The translations under genes and the position numbers were made by a program. A stretch of DNA of 64,000 bases from a virus. Shown here piece by piece: positions 1-7,138 of the stretch. Location: the IMG/VR virus record IMGVR_UViG_3300045988_155520, positions 32,001 through 96,000 of that record; one strand, written 5' to 3'. A model generated the notes under the pieces. That model did no database searches. It saw only the letters and a list, made by a program, of their open reading frames with translations, and was not told where the DNA came from. Position 1 is the first letter of the stretch, and the number at the start of each line of letters is the position of its first letter.

Positions 1-36
1 TAACAACATCATTGTTTGAGTAATAGTCATTGTAGT

Positions 37-327
37 TTATTTCCATTTCTGATTTGTGTTCTTTTTTTCTTTTTTACTACCAGCTGTTTCACATGTATCT
101 TCTTCGTTTCCAGCAGTCCAAAAGTTTCTTCTCAGTGGTTGTCCACTATTAACAGGTGCATCGTATTCGTACCCATTTCCGTTACCGTTACCAGAACTTA
201 CACCTACTGTCATGGTACTTGTAGCGCCACCACCAATACCACCATCCATTTCATTCATCATACGTCTTGTTACACGTTTGATTAATCTATGTAGGTCATT
301 TTCGGTTAAAGTATATAACTTTTTCAT
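37..327 (-). CDS. hypothetical protein with Gly/Asn-rich centre
   Basis: ORF track 37..351. I trimmed the start to the ATG at 327..325 (MKKLYTLTENDLHRL...) because the codons upstream run into the hairpin of the adjacent IS element. No recognisable motif. Confidence 0.45.
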   Translation of the reverse strand: MKKLYTLTENDLHRLIKRVTRRMMNEMDGGIGGGATSTMTVGVSSGNGNGNGYEYDAPVNSGQPLRRNFWTAGNEEDTCETAGSKKEKKNTNQKWK

Positions 328-346
328 AAAATTTGGTTCATAGAAA

Positions 347-369
347 CCCAAAAGTCTTTAGATTTTGGG
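347..369 (+). other. perfect 7-bp hairpin (cccaaaa / gtctttaga / ttttggg), putative left-end subterminal hairpin of the IS
   Basis: Read directly from the sequence. The foot of the hairpin lies 19 nt downstream of TTCAT (323-327). Confidence 0.5.
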
Positions 370-458
370 AGGAATTGAACCACTATTCCCTCTTTTAGTT
401 ATCTTAATATAAATATAAATATTTCTTTCAAATATTTTATTTATTCAAATTTATTTTG

Positions 459-466
459 TATCTTTG
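459..466 (+). promoter_or_regulatory. Bacteroidota-type -7 box TATCTTTG (TAnnTTTG) upstream of tnpB
   Basis: ttgTATCTTTGcagtATG. The box ends 4 nt before the ATG at 471. It has the same extended form, TGTATCTTTGCA, as seven other sites in the window. Confidence 0.55.
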
Positions 467-470
467 CAGT

Positions 471-1604
471 ATGAAATTGACTTTGCAGATTAAACTGCTT
501 CCGACTGACAAACAAGCTATAATGCTGAAAAATACTTTCAGCGTTTTCAATGAGGCTTGTAACGCTATTTCGCAGATAGCGTGGGAACGTCATGTATTCC
601 AGCAATTTAGCCTGCATAAGGAAGTATATTATCAAACTAAAGAAACATATCACCTGTCTTCCCAACTTGTTGTACGTGCTATCAGCAAGGTTGCCGATAC
701 ATACAAACTTGACAGGAAAAAGAAACGACACTTTAGAGAGTTTGGTGCTATCACTTATGATAGTCGTGTACTATCATATAAGACCACCAAAACTGTATGT
801 TCCATGTCACTTGTTGGGAGTCGTGAAAAGATAGCATATACTTGCTACCGTCCACAACTCATGCAGTATGCTAAAGGTGAAGCTGACCTCGTGCTTATCA
901 GAGGGAAGTTCTATTTGCACCAGACAATAGACATCCCTGATGAGAAAGAAGAAATTGCAGATGAATTTATTGGTGTTGACATGGGTCTTACCGATATCGT
1001 TTCTCTATCTGATGGAACTAATATATCTTCCAAAGAAGTCAAAATCATAAGAAATAAATACAACAAAGTGAGAGCTTCTGTTCAGTCTAAAGGCACACGT
1101 AACTGTCATAAGTTACTGAAACGGTTAAAAGGGCGTGAAAGAAGATTTGCCACTATTACCAATCACCGTATAAGCAAACAAATTGTAGCTAAAGCAAAAA
1201 AAGAACACAAGGGCATTGCCATTGAGGATTTGAAGAATATCCGCTGGGGTATGAACACTAAGAAACGTAATAAAACATTTCGCAGAAGAAGCAACTCTTG
1301 GTCTTTCTATCAACTCCGTTCTTTCCTTGAATACAAATGTAAGATTACTGGCATCAAGATTGTTGCTGTTCCTCCAGCTTATACGTCACAGACTTGTAAT
1401 GAGTGTGGTCACATTGGCATTCGTAATGGTAAACACTTCCGTTGTACACACTGTGGTAATGTTTTAGATGCAGATGTTAATGCTGCTAAGAATATTGCTA
1501 CATGGGGGTATGTAAACACCCATGAAAGATGGGAATTATTGTCTTGTTATATAAATGATAATAATTTCACGTCTAAAGTCCGCAAATCTTTAGTTTGTGG
1601 ATAG
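471..1604 (+). CDS. tnpB: TnpB (IS605 OrfB family RNA-guided RuvC-like nuclease)
   Basis: The track ORF 456..1604 begins at a TTG inside the promoter box, so I start at the ATG at 471 (MKLTLQIKLLPT, a typical TnpB N-terminus). RuvC triad contexts: GVDMGLTD, GIAIEDL, DADVNAAKNI. Zn ribbon: CNECGH...CTHCG. Confidence 0.9.
   Translation: MKLTLQIKLLPTDKQAIMLKNTFSVFNEACNAISQIAWERHVFQQFSLHKEVYYQTKETYHLSSQLVVRAISKVADTYKLDRKKKRHFREFGAITYDSRVLSYKTTKTVCSMSLVGSREKIAYTCYRPQLMQYAKGEADLVLIRGKFYLHQTIDIPDEKEEIADEFIGVDMGLTDIVSLSDGTNISSKEVKIIRNKYNKVRASVQSKGTRNCHKLLKRLKGRERRFATITNHRISKQIVAKAKKEHKGIAIEDLKNIRWGMNTKKRNKTFRRRSNSWSFYQLRSFLEYKCKITGIKIVAVPPAYTSQTCNECGHIGIRNGKHFRCTHCGNVLDADVNAAKNIATWGYVNTHERWELLSCYINDNNFTSKVRKSLVCG
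1573..1593 (+). other. 6-bp hairpin (ctaaag / tccgcaaat / ctttag), putative right-end subterminal hairpin of the IS
   Basis: Read directly from the sequence. It lies inside the last codons of tnpB, about 10 nt from the inferred right end. Confidence 0.45.
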
Positions 1605-1605
1605 T

Positions 1606-1956
1606 TTATCGTTCAAAATAATATGTGTATAATCTTTGTATTTTACGTTCAAAGTTCTTTTTGGGAACATTATAAGTTACATGGAACATTGATTTCTTTT
1701 TCTTACTAACTTCATCATAAGGTTCGTCAATCTTTTCCTTTTTCTTTATAACTCCTCTGTTGAGTAACGTATTTTTTAAAACATTTTTATCAATTCCGTT
1801 CTCTTTTAAAACACCTGTTACTTCAGCATTGAATGGGTCTTCAAGTAATTCTTTTAGAAATTTCTTTATATCTCTAAAGAACTCAAAGAAAGTTACTTCT
1901 TTTGTGATACTTTCTTTTAATACTTGTACTTTATTTTGAGGTATATAAATTCTCAT
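1606..1956 (-). CDS. hypothetical protein (116 aa, Lys-rich)
   Basis: Intact ORF. Its start overlaps the upstream stop as TAATG (1958..1954). No motif recognised. Confidence 0.6.
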   Translation of the reverse strand: MRIYIPQNKVQVLKESITKEVTFFEFFRDIKKFLKELLEDPFNAEVTGVLKENGIDKNVLKNTLLNRGVIKKKEKIDEPYDEVSKKKKSMFHVTYNVPKKNFERKIQRLYTYYFER

Positions 1957-2165
1957 TACCTTGATATTGTACTAACCCATGTGCTATTTCTTTGCCATAA
2001 TGTTTTAAATAATTCACTTATAACAGCAGCACTTATTTTTTTAACGGCTTTTTTAAAATCGTTTGAATCTAATGAACCATTAATCTTTTTGTCAATCATA
2101 GAATTAACTTCTGTTTTAGATAGTTCTTCCTGTATGATTTTATGTAACTTTTTATCGCTAATCAT
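1956..2165 (-). CDS. hypothetical small protein (69 aa)
   Basis: The track ORF 1956..2270 runs through a terminator hairpin. I start at the ATG at 2165 (MISDKKLHKII...), which has ATATTTATAT 16 nt upstream. Confidence 0.5.
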   Translation of the reverse strand: MISDKKLHKIIQEELSKTEVNSMIDKKINGSLDSNDFKKAVKKISAAVISELFKTLWQRNSTWVSTISR

Positions 2166-2204
2166 TGTGAAATTTCGTTTTATATAAATATATATAAAAA
2201 TTAA

Positions 2205-2230
2205 AAACCCCCTTTTATTAAGGAGGTTTT
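2205..2230 (-). terminator. rho-independent terminator after 2242..2781
   Basis: aaaccccctt / ttatta / aaggaggttt: a 10-bp stem with 1 mismatch, followed on the minus strand by TTTTTAATTTTT. Confidence 0.6.
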
Positions 2231-2241
2231 TTGTTATCTTT

Positions 2242-2781
2242 TTACTCGTATTTCGCTTTTTTAGAAGCATTCTTCAACTTTTCCATTAAATCTCCATTTT
2301 GAGTCAAAGAATCTTTCCAATTTGCAAATGCATCACGTATTTTACCAAGTGTTCTTGCATTGGTTTCTGTCAACTGAAGTCCATCTGTCCAAATATAGCA
2401 ACCATCTCCTGACGGGTCATTATATCTAAATTGAAAACGCAAATTCAAAGCACCTATCTCACCGTCCAATGTTAAATCATCAGCATCAGGATAATATTTT
2501 AATGCATCTTCAGAAAGTTTAATATTCTCAGCTATTGTTTTACGTAGAGTTTCTTCTTGCGTAACACGTACATCACCGAATTGTGGGGTAGACTTCTTTA
2601 TCGGGAAACTATTTGCATGTCCTGCATTAGATTTATCCTCGCTCTCTTCAAATAAGGGTTTAGCAGTAGCTCTTTCCTTACGTTCTTCAAACTGGATATC
2701 TTTAATGCGGTTAGTCATTTTTTTAATTATATCCATTTCCATATTTTTAATCGTCATTTTTCTAATTATATCCATTTCCAT
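2242..2781 (-). CDS. hypothetical protein with duplicated N-terminus (MEMDIIRKMTIKN / MEMDIIKKMTNR)
   Basis: Intact 179-aa ORF. The true start could be the ATG at 2781 or the one at 2742. Confidence 0.6.
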   Translation of the reverse strand: MEMDIIRKMTIKNMEMDIIKKMTNRIKDIQFEERKERATAKPLFEESEDKSNAGHANSFPIKKSTPQFGDVRVTQEETLRKTIAENIKLSEDALKYYPDADDLTLDGEIGALNLRFQFRYNDPSGDGCYIWTDGLQLTETNARTLGKIRDAFANWKDSLTQNGDLMEKLKNASKKAKYE

Positions 2782-2792
2782 ATTTTTTAAGC
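2715..2792 (-). repeat. 2 x 39-bp tandem direct repeat covering the start codon region
   Basis: Copy 2715-2753 and copy 2754-2792 are about 34/39 identical by eye. Each copy contains an ATG plus about 11 nt of leader. Confidence 0.8.
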
Positions 2793-2852
2793 ATCTGTAC
2801 CCATAACTTTATAAGTTAAAAGTCAGCAATCATTCGAAGAATTAAATTTACT

Positions 2853-2860
2853 CAAAAGTA
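2853..2860 (-). promoter_or_regulatory. possible host-type -7 box TACTTTTG
   Basis: Matches TAnnTTTG, 71 nt upstream of the ATG at 2781. It fits the extended consensus less well. Confidence 0.3.
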
Positions 2861-3031
2861 GATAAACCACTTCCTATACATTCACTCCTTGTAATTCTTT
2901 TACAAGTTTCTTCGAAACGATAATAATACTTTATTCGCCTTTCAACATTTAAGTTTCTTAGGATAAACAGTACCATTACCAAATTATTTAAAGAGCGATT
3001 CTCGTAACACAGTTACAAGTACTCTATTTTC

Positions 3032-3068
3032 ATCTTCAATACATCCCATCTGTGGATGTATTGAAGAT
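3032..3068 (-). terminator. 15-bp perfect hairpin downstream of the acidic-repeat gene (no U-tract)
   Basis: atcttcaatacatcc / catctgt / ggatgtattgaagat, 25 nt after the stop at 3093. No T-run follows on either strand, so it may be a stabiliser, a processing site or a protein-binding site rather than a classical terminator. Confidence 0.4.
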
Positions 3069-3092
3069 TATCTTTAGTAAAAATGAATATTT

Positions 3093-3482
3093 TTAATAAT
3101 CATATAGCATTCCATTCCACTCTAAAGTCAAACGCTGTCTACGTACAGGTTGTGGCTCTTCCTTAACAACAGTTTCCTCTGGAGTTGTCTCCTCTGTAGA
3201 CTCATTACTTTCCTCTGGAACAGTCTCTTCTGTAACCTCGTTAGTTTCCTCTGTATTTACCTCCTCGGGAACTTCATTAGCTTCCTCTGGTACGGTTTCC
3301 TCTGGTGTTTCGTTACTCTCTTCAGCAACTTCATTTGTTGCCTCAGTTACAGTTTCCTCAGCAACTGTCTCCTCTGGTGTTTCATTTGTTTCTTCTGTAG
3401 CATTTTCGTTAACTACTTCCTCAGTTACATTAACATTATTCTCGTTAAGAACTTCTTCTGTTTTCTTTGTTTTCTTAGCCAT
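3093..3482 (-). CDS. hyper-acidic tandem-repeat protein (ETPEETV/EE.NEV units)
   Basis: 129 aa with 40 Glu by my count. Imperfect 8-9 aa repeats are mirrored by ttcctctgg repeats in the DNA. The non-repetitive C-terminus is RRQRLTLEWNGMLYDY. Confidence 0.7.
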   Translation of the reverse strand: MAKKTKKTEEVLNENNVNVTEEVVNENATEETNETPEETVAEETVTEATNEVAEESNETPEETVPEEANEVPEEVNTEETNEVTEETVPEESNESTEETTPEETVVKEEPQPVRRQRLTLEWNGMLYDY

Positions 3483-3520
3483 TATTATAACTTTTTTATA
3501 TATAAATATTATTTTACTTA

Positions 3521-4246
3521 TTAATTAAATAGGCAAACTGTTTCTGGCATCATCATAACTTCAGTTCTGAGTGTTTTAAAGCATGTAAGCTTAATTTGCC
3601 GTACACGTTCCTTACTTAATTTAAGGTCTTTGCCTATTTCTTCAAGATTTTTTGATTTACCACCATTTAACCCATAATATTGTTCAATAATATATTTTTC
3701 TCGTGGTTCTAATTTAGAGAGTAATTTTGATACTACAATATCTTGGTTAAATTTAATTTCTTTGTTAAATTCATCTTCTTCGTTTGATAAAATAGTTTCA
3801 TTCTTATTAATTATTTCATCTTCCTCGTCAATAATATCATTAGTAGTAACTTCGTCTTTCATAGATTCTTCATCCACGGTATTTACTGAACGACCACAAC
3901 CTTTTGTTTTGATGTATGCTTGTATACCTTGACGAATCCACCAAACGGCATAAGAAATAAATTTAACTTCCTTTGTTAAATCGAATTTTTCAATGGCTTT
4001 AATTAGTCCCATATTTCCTTCTGAGATAAGTTCATTCAATGAAACACCACATCCTTTATAGTTTTTAGCAACATTGAACACAAATCTCAAATTAGATTCA
4101 AGGATTCTATTCTTTGCGGAAATATCTCCTTGCTTTGCCAGTTTCACGAGTTTTCTTTCTTCTTCTCGTGAAACTGGTTTGCATTTCTTTAAACTTTCGT
4201 AGTAATTAATTACTGCTTCGTTGAAATCATTAACATAACTGTTCAT
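3521..4246 (-). CDS. sigma-70 family RNA polymerase sigma factor (regions 2 and 4)
   Basis: Region 2: NLRFVFNVAKNY...LISEGNMGLIKAIEKFD...FISYAVWWIRQGI. Region 4: IIEQYYGLNGGKSKNLEEIGKDLKLSKERVRQIK. An acidic linker lies between them. Confidence 0.85.
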   Translation of the reverse strand: MNSYVNDFNEAVINYYESLKKCKPVSREEERKLVKLAKQGDISAKNRILESNLRFVFNVAKNYKGCGVSLNELISEGNMGLIKAIEKFDLTKEVKFISYAVWWIRQGIQAYIKTKGCGRSVNTVDEESMKDEVTTNDIIDEEDEIINKNETILSNEEDEFNKEIKFNQDIVVSKLLSKLEPREKYIIEQYYGLNGGKSKNLEEIGKDLKLSKERVRQIKLTCFKTLRTEVMMMPETVCLFN

Positions 4247-4269
4247 TAAATAGGTTAAACATTAACTTC

Positions 4270-6654
4270 TTATTTCGTTGAGGACGTTACATAAAGTCTA
4301 CTTACATTGTTTTCTTTAACAACAGTAATAGTCGTGTTAGCCCAATCTTTGACTATATCAAGATGTGAAACTGTTATCACGAAATCGTAATCCTCGCAAA
4401 CTTTATTTATAAGTTTATGGATGTTTTCTAAGTTCTCTTTTGCGACACGACCATAGACCTCATCTAAAACTATAAAGTTTGGTTTTGGCATTGTTGACAA
4501 ACTACCAAGAACGGCTCTTAAAGCCATAGATGAAGCTGTCTTTTCAAAACCAGACCCACTTGCCAAATCTGATTTCACATTATCTTTAATCATACAGAAA
4601 TTAATGTCATTCTTCTCATTTATTTCAACAACAACATCAAAATCACATACGTCAGATAATAGCATATTAATTTTGGCATTTATAATAGGTAAAACATCAC
4701 GCAATACCATTTTTGAAATACCATCTTTTCCAACAAGTTGAAGATATATTTTCCAGTTACGTAAATTAATATCTTCTTCTTCTAACTGTTTAATAAGATT
4801 TTTTCTCTGAACAATTTCATCAGCATCTCTCTTTATAGTAGCTTCATTACTTGTTAACTGCCAATTATTGTTTTCCTTTTCTTGGCGTTTAGCTTTGATA
4901 TGCTGTTCAGTATTTCTTATCTCAATATCCAGTTTGTTGTTTTTATCAATTGCTTCACTATTTTTGTTATAATTATCAAGAATATTCTTTTTTTCTATCA
5001 AATCACTTCTGAGATTACTAAGATTTACCTCTATTGCACTCTTTTTTACATTAAGTTCATTTCTTTTGTTATAAAGGTCTCTCTTCGTCTTTAATGACTC
5101 AATCTTAGTATTATACTCTTCGATTAGTGCAGCACTTTTCTTACCTTTTTCGATTAGTATTTTCTCTTCGTCTTGAAGTTCTTTGATTTTAGCTGAGTTA
5201 TCAATGTTATCAAATTTCTTACCGCAAGTAGGGCAAAATTCTGATTTTTGAAGGTGTTCAATATTATGTTTAATATTCTTATATTGTTCACTAATTATTC
5301 CTTTTTGAGAGATTTCATTAGTTCTCTTCTCAATCAATTCATCATATTCATTAATTGAAAACTCTATTTCTCCGATAGATTTAATTTCATTTTCAATTTC
5401 AATAAGATTACTTTTCTTCTCTTTTCCCTTTTTGGTAATTTCTTCTAACTGATATTTTAGAGTAATAATATCAACGTTAATCAAGTTGGTATCAATACTT
5501 TGTTTTGATTGAAGAAGATTGTTTTTACTTTTTTCAAGGTTTTCTATTTCTTCTTCTACCTTTTTGTTGGCATTTTTTATTTCTTTATTTTTAGATGTAA
5601 GATTCTTGATTTCCAAATCAAAAGCATCACATTCTAACTTTAAAGTTTCTCTATTATATCTATTTGATAGTAGGAATGGCTTAATATCACTATTAAACTT
5701 TTCTCTTGCCAATCTATCTTTTTCTTCCAGAGGTAAAAGACCTATCCACCTTGATAATAATCTTCCTCGTTCAGTTTCTTTCTTCTTAATCAAGTCGTCC
5801 AGATTTGACTCTGTAACAGAAATAATTAAATCAAAATCATCTTCTCTACCGATGGCTTCTTTAATAGCTTTATTTGTTTGAATGCTATTCTCTTCCTGTT
5901 CATTGTCAACGTACTCTGTTAACTCTTCCTTGTTTGTTCCAATGATTCTGTAATAGTCTACCTTTTGAGTAACCTTACTCTTGGCTGTTCTCTTTTCTAA
6001 CGCAGGTCTGCTTAATGTACGCTTTATAACATAATCTTCGCCATCTATATTTAAACAACCCTCTACAACAACATTAGTTTCTTTAGATAGATGTTTATTG
6101 AAGATAAGGTTCTGTGTTGGGACTTTCTCTGTCTTACCAAATAAAAGAAAATGAAGCAAGTCAATAGCAAATGTAGTCTTGCCACTCTGATTTGCTGGTT
6201 CACCATTAAGAAGTACAATATCCTTCATTGAAGTGAAATCAAAGTAATTATCTTCTCCATATGACAAGAAATTACTCCATCTAATCCATTTTACAGAATA
6301 TCTCTTATACTTATCATAAACATTATAATCTATGTTCGTATTAATATCAGCATCAATCTTTCTGATTAAATCAAAATCATAACCATTAATTTTATTGATA
6401 TTAAGATATTTTTTGAATAATTCTACTTGGAATGATGGATTTTGAATATTTTGAATCACATCATTTGTAAGACTAATCTTTTTACCACTTTCATCTAACA
6501 TGATGTAATTTGGTAAAACTTTGATTTTATCCTTTGGGATTCCATATTTTTTACTTGCTTTAGCAATAATATTATTCTCCATTTCTGGTGAATAATCATA
6601 TGGACTAACCCTCCAATGAATCTGTACTTTTGCGTTCTTATTGACTTTCATCAT
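4270..6654 (-). CDS. sbcC: Rad50/SbcC/gp46-like ATPase with zinc hook
   Basis: Walker A: NGEPANQSGKTT. A long Lys/Glu-rich coiled coil carries a central CPTCG hook. Signature: SGSGFEKT. Walker B: FIVLDEVYG. H-loop: VSH. About 115 extra residues precede the usual start of the ATPase head. Confidence 0.88.
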   Translation of the reverse strand: MMKVNKNAKVQIHWRVSPYDYSPEMENNIIAKASKKYGIPKDKIKVLPNYIMLDESGKKISLTNDVIQNIQNPSFQVELFKKYLNINKINGYDFDLIRKIDADINTNIDYNVYDKYKRYSVKWIRWSNFLSYGEDNYFDFTSMKDIVLLNGEPANQSGKTTFAIDLLHFLLFGKTEKVPTQNLIFNKHLSKETNVVVEGCLNIDGEDYVIKRTLSRPALEKRTAKSKVTQKVDYYRIIGTNKEELTEYVDNEQEENSIQTNKAIKEAIGREDDFDLIISVTESNLDDLIKKKETERGRLLSRWIGLLPLEEKDRLAREKFNSDIKPFLLSNRYNRETLKLECDAFDLEIKNLTSKNKEIKNANKKVEEEIENLEKSKNNLLQSKQSIDTNLINVDIITLKYQLEEITKKGKEKKSNLIEIENEIKSIGEIEFSINEYDELIEKRTNEISQKGIISEQYKNIKHNIEHLQKSEFCPTCGKKFDNIDNSAKIKELQDEEKILIEKGKKSAALIEEYNTKIESLKTKRDLYNKRNELNVKKSAIEVNLSNLRSDLIEKKNILDNYNKNSEAIDKNNKLDIEIRNTEQHIKAKRQEKENNNWQLTSNEATIKRDADEIVQRKNLIKQLEEEDINLRNWKIYLQLVGKDGISKMVLRDVLPIINAKINMLLSDVCDFDVVVEINEKNDINFCMIKDNVKSDLASGSGFEKTASSMALRAVLGSLSTMPKPNFIVLDEVYGRVAKENLENIHKLINKVCEDYDFVITVSHLDIVKDWANTTITVVKENNVSRLYVTSSTK

Positions 6655-6973
6655 TTTTCTTTCTCTTAATAATTCGCACTTTACGTCTAACTACTTTTTT
6701 GTCTGCTTCCCCATTCTTTCCATCACTTTTCTTCTCATTATCTGAGCATCCTTTGTCAATGGTGTGAAGTTCTTTGTCTTCGTTAGGAGAATCTCTCTTT
6801 CTGTTTTCTGTTCCATAGATATTCTTCTCAATTTTATAATTATCAATTGGAGATGTACCGTATTTTAGTATATCAAAACCTTTACGTAAGCAAGCATTAA
6901 TCTGCTTCTCAACGTCTTCAATATCGTTTAGATAACAAAATTCTGTAATCTCTTTAATTAATTTATCATCCAT
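6638..6973 (-). CDS. hypothetical protein (111 aa, basic C-terminus)
   Basis: Intact ORF that overlaps the sbcC-like start by 17 nt. Promoter box directly upstream. Confidence 0.55.
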   Translation of the reverse strand: MDDKLIKEITEFCYLNDIEDVEKQINACLRKGFDILKYGTSPIDNYKIEKNIYGTENRKRDSPNEDKELHTIDKGCSDNEKKSDGKNGEADKKVVRRKVRIIKRKKNDESQ

Positions 6974-6981
6974 ATTTTTTG

Positions 6982-6989
6982 CAAAGATA
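6982..6989 (-). promoter_or_regulatory. Bacteroidota-type -7 box TATCTTTG
   Basis: Minus strand reads TTGTATCTTTGCAAAAAATATG. The box ends 8 nt before the ATG at 6973. Confidence 0.55.
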
Positions 6990-7009
6990 CAAAATTTTAA
7001 TTTAAAAAC

Positions 7010-7087
7010 AAAATATTTTATAAATAATATTTATATATTATATTAATTAATATATATTTTATATATAATAAATTATAATATTATATT
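7010..7087. other. 78-nt tract of pure A/T in a divergent intergenic region
   Basis: No G or C between 7010 and 7087. Followed by the small palindrome ctagat/tatat/atctag at 7088-7104. Confidence 0.8.
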
Positions 7088-7138
7088 CTAGATTATATAT
7101 CTAGTATATATAATATATTAATATATATAATATAATAT

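Larger units (their letters stand above)
328..1605 (+). mobile_element. IS200/IS605-family element carrying tnpB only (IS1341-like, no tnpA)
   Basis: The tnpB ORF is flanked by subterminal hairpins at 347-369 and 1573-1593. It lies on the opposite strand to both neighbours. Two 60-nt lines I counted inside it are 40-47% G+C, versus about 30% in a flanking line. Removing it would leave stop + 1-2 nt + ATG between the neighbours. The ends are inferred, +/- a few nt. Confidence 0.55.

Noticed and set aside
1-30. Possible start of a further minus-strand gene (ATG at 30..28, 6 nt after the stop of 37..327) running off the left edge.
   Set aside because: Only 10 codons are visible, which is too little to support a call.
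456-470. N-terminal extensions MYLC.../MYFC... on the track ORFs 456, 8255, 39786..40133, 40159..41349, and the MDNFVFIKKIRIFAKKIT extension of 47165..47821.
   Set aside because: The apparent start is the TTG (or an upstream codon) inside or before the TGTATCTTTGCA promoter box. A proper ATG follows 4-24 nt downstream and gives family-typical N-termini.
2782-3092. Searched the larger non-coding gaps (2782-3092, 32943-33098, 36516-36685, 45439-45609) for tRNA genes, which T4-like phages often carry.
   Set aside because: I saw no GTTCGAATC-type T-arm with matching acceptor/anticodon stems. The gaps are too A/T-rich and are explained by promoters and terminators. A tRNAscan run would settle it.
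3069-3166. TATCTTTAG (near-match to the -7 box) on the plus strand after the 15-bp hairpin, followed by a 27-codon plus-strand ORF (ATG 3083) antisense to the acidic-protein gene.
   Set aside because: The box lacks the invariant final G context (TTTAG, not TTTG), the ORF is tiny, and it lies entirely antisense to a convincing gene.
3150-3524. Plus-strand ORFs lying entirely inside long minus-strand genes. Examples: 16..285, 56..343, 3150..3524, 4882..5094, 5519..5881, 27719..28051, 29365..29748, 46030..46302, 61419..62911.
   Set aside because: They are antisense shadows of clearly coding minus-strand genes. They have low-complexity Phe/Leu/Ile/Ser-rich translations, no upstream promoter motif and no recognisable domain.
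6991-7138. A/T-rich simple-sequence region considered as a CRISPR array or tandem-repeat array.
   Set aside because: There is no repeat-spacer periodicity, only TA-type low-complexity sequence. No cas genes in the window.
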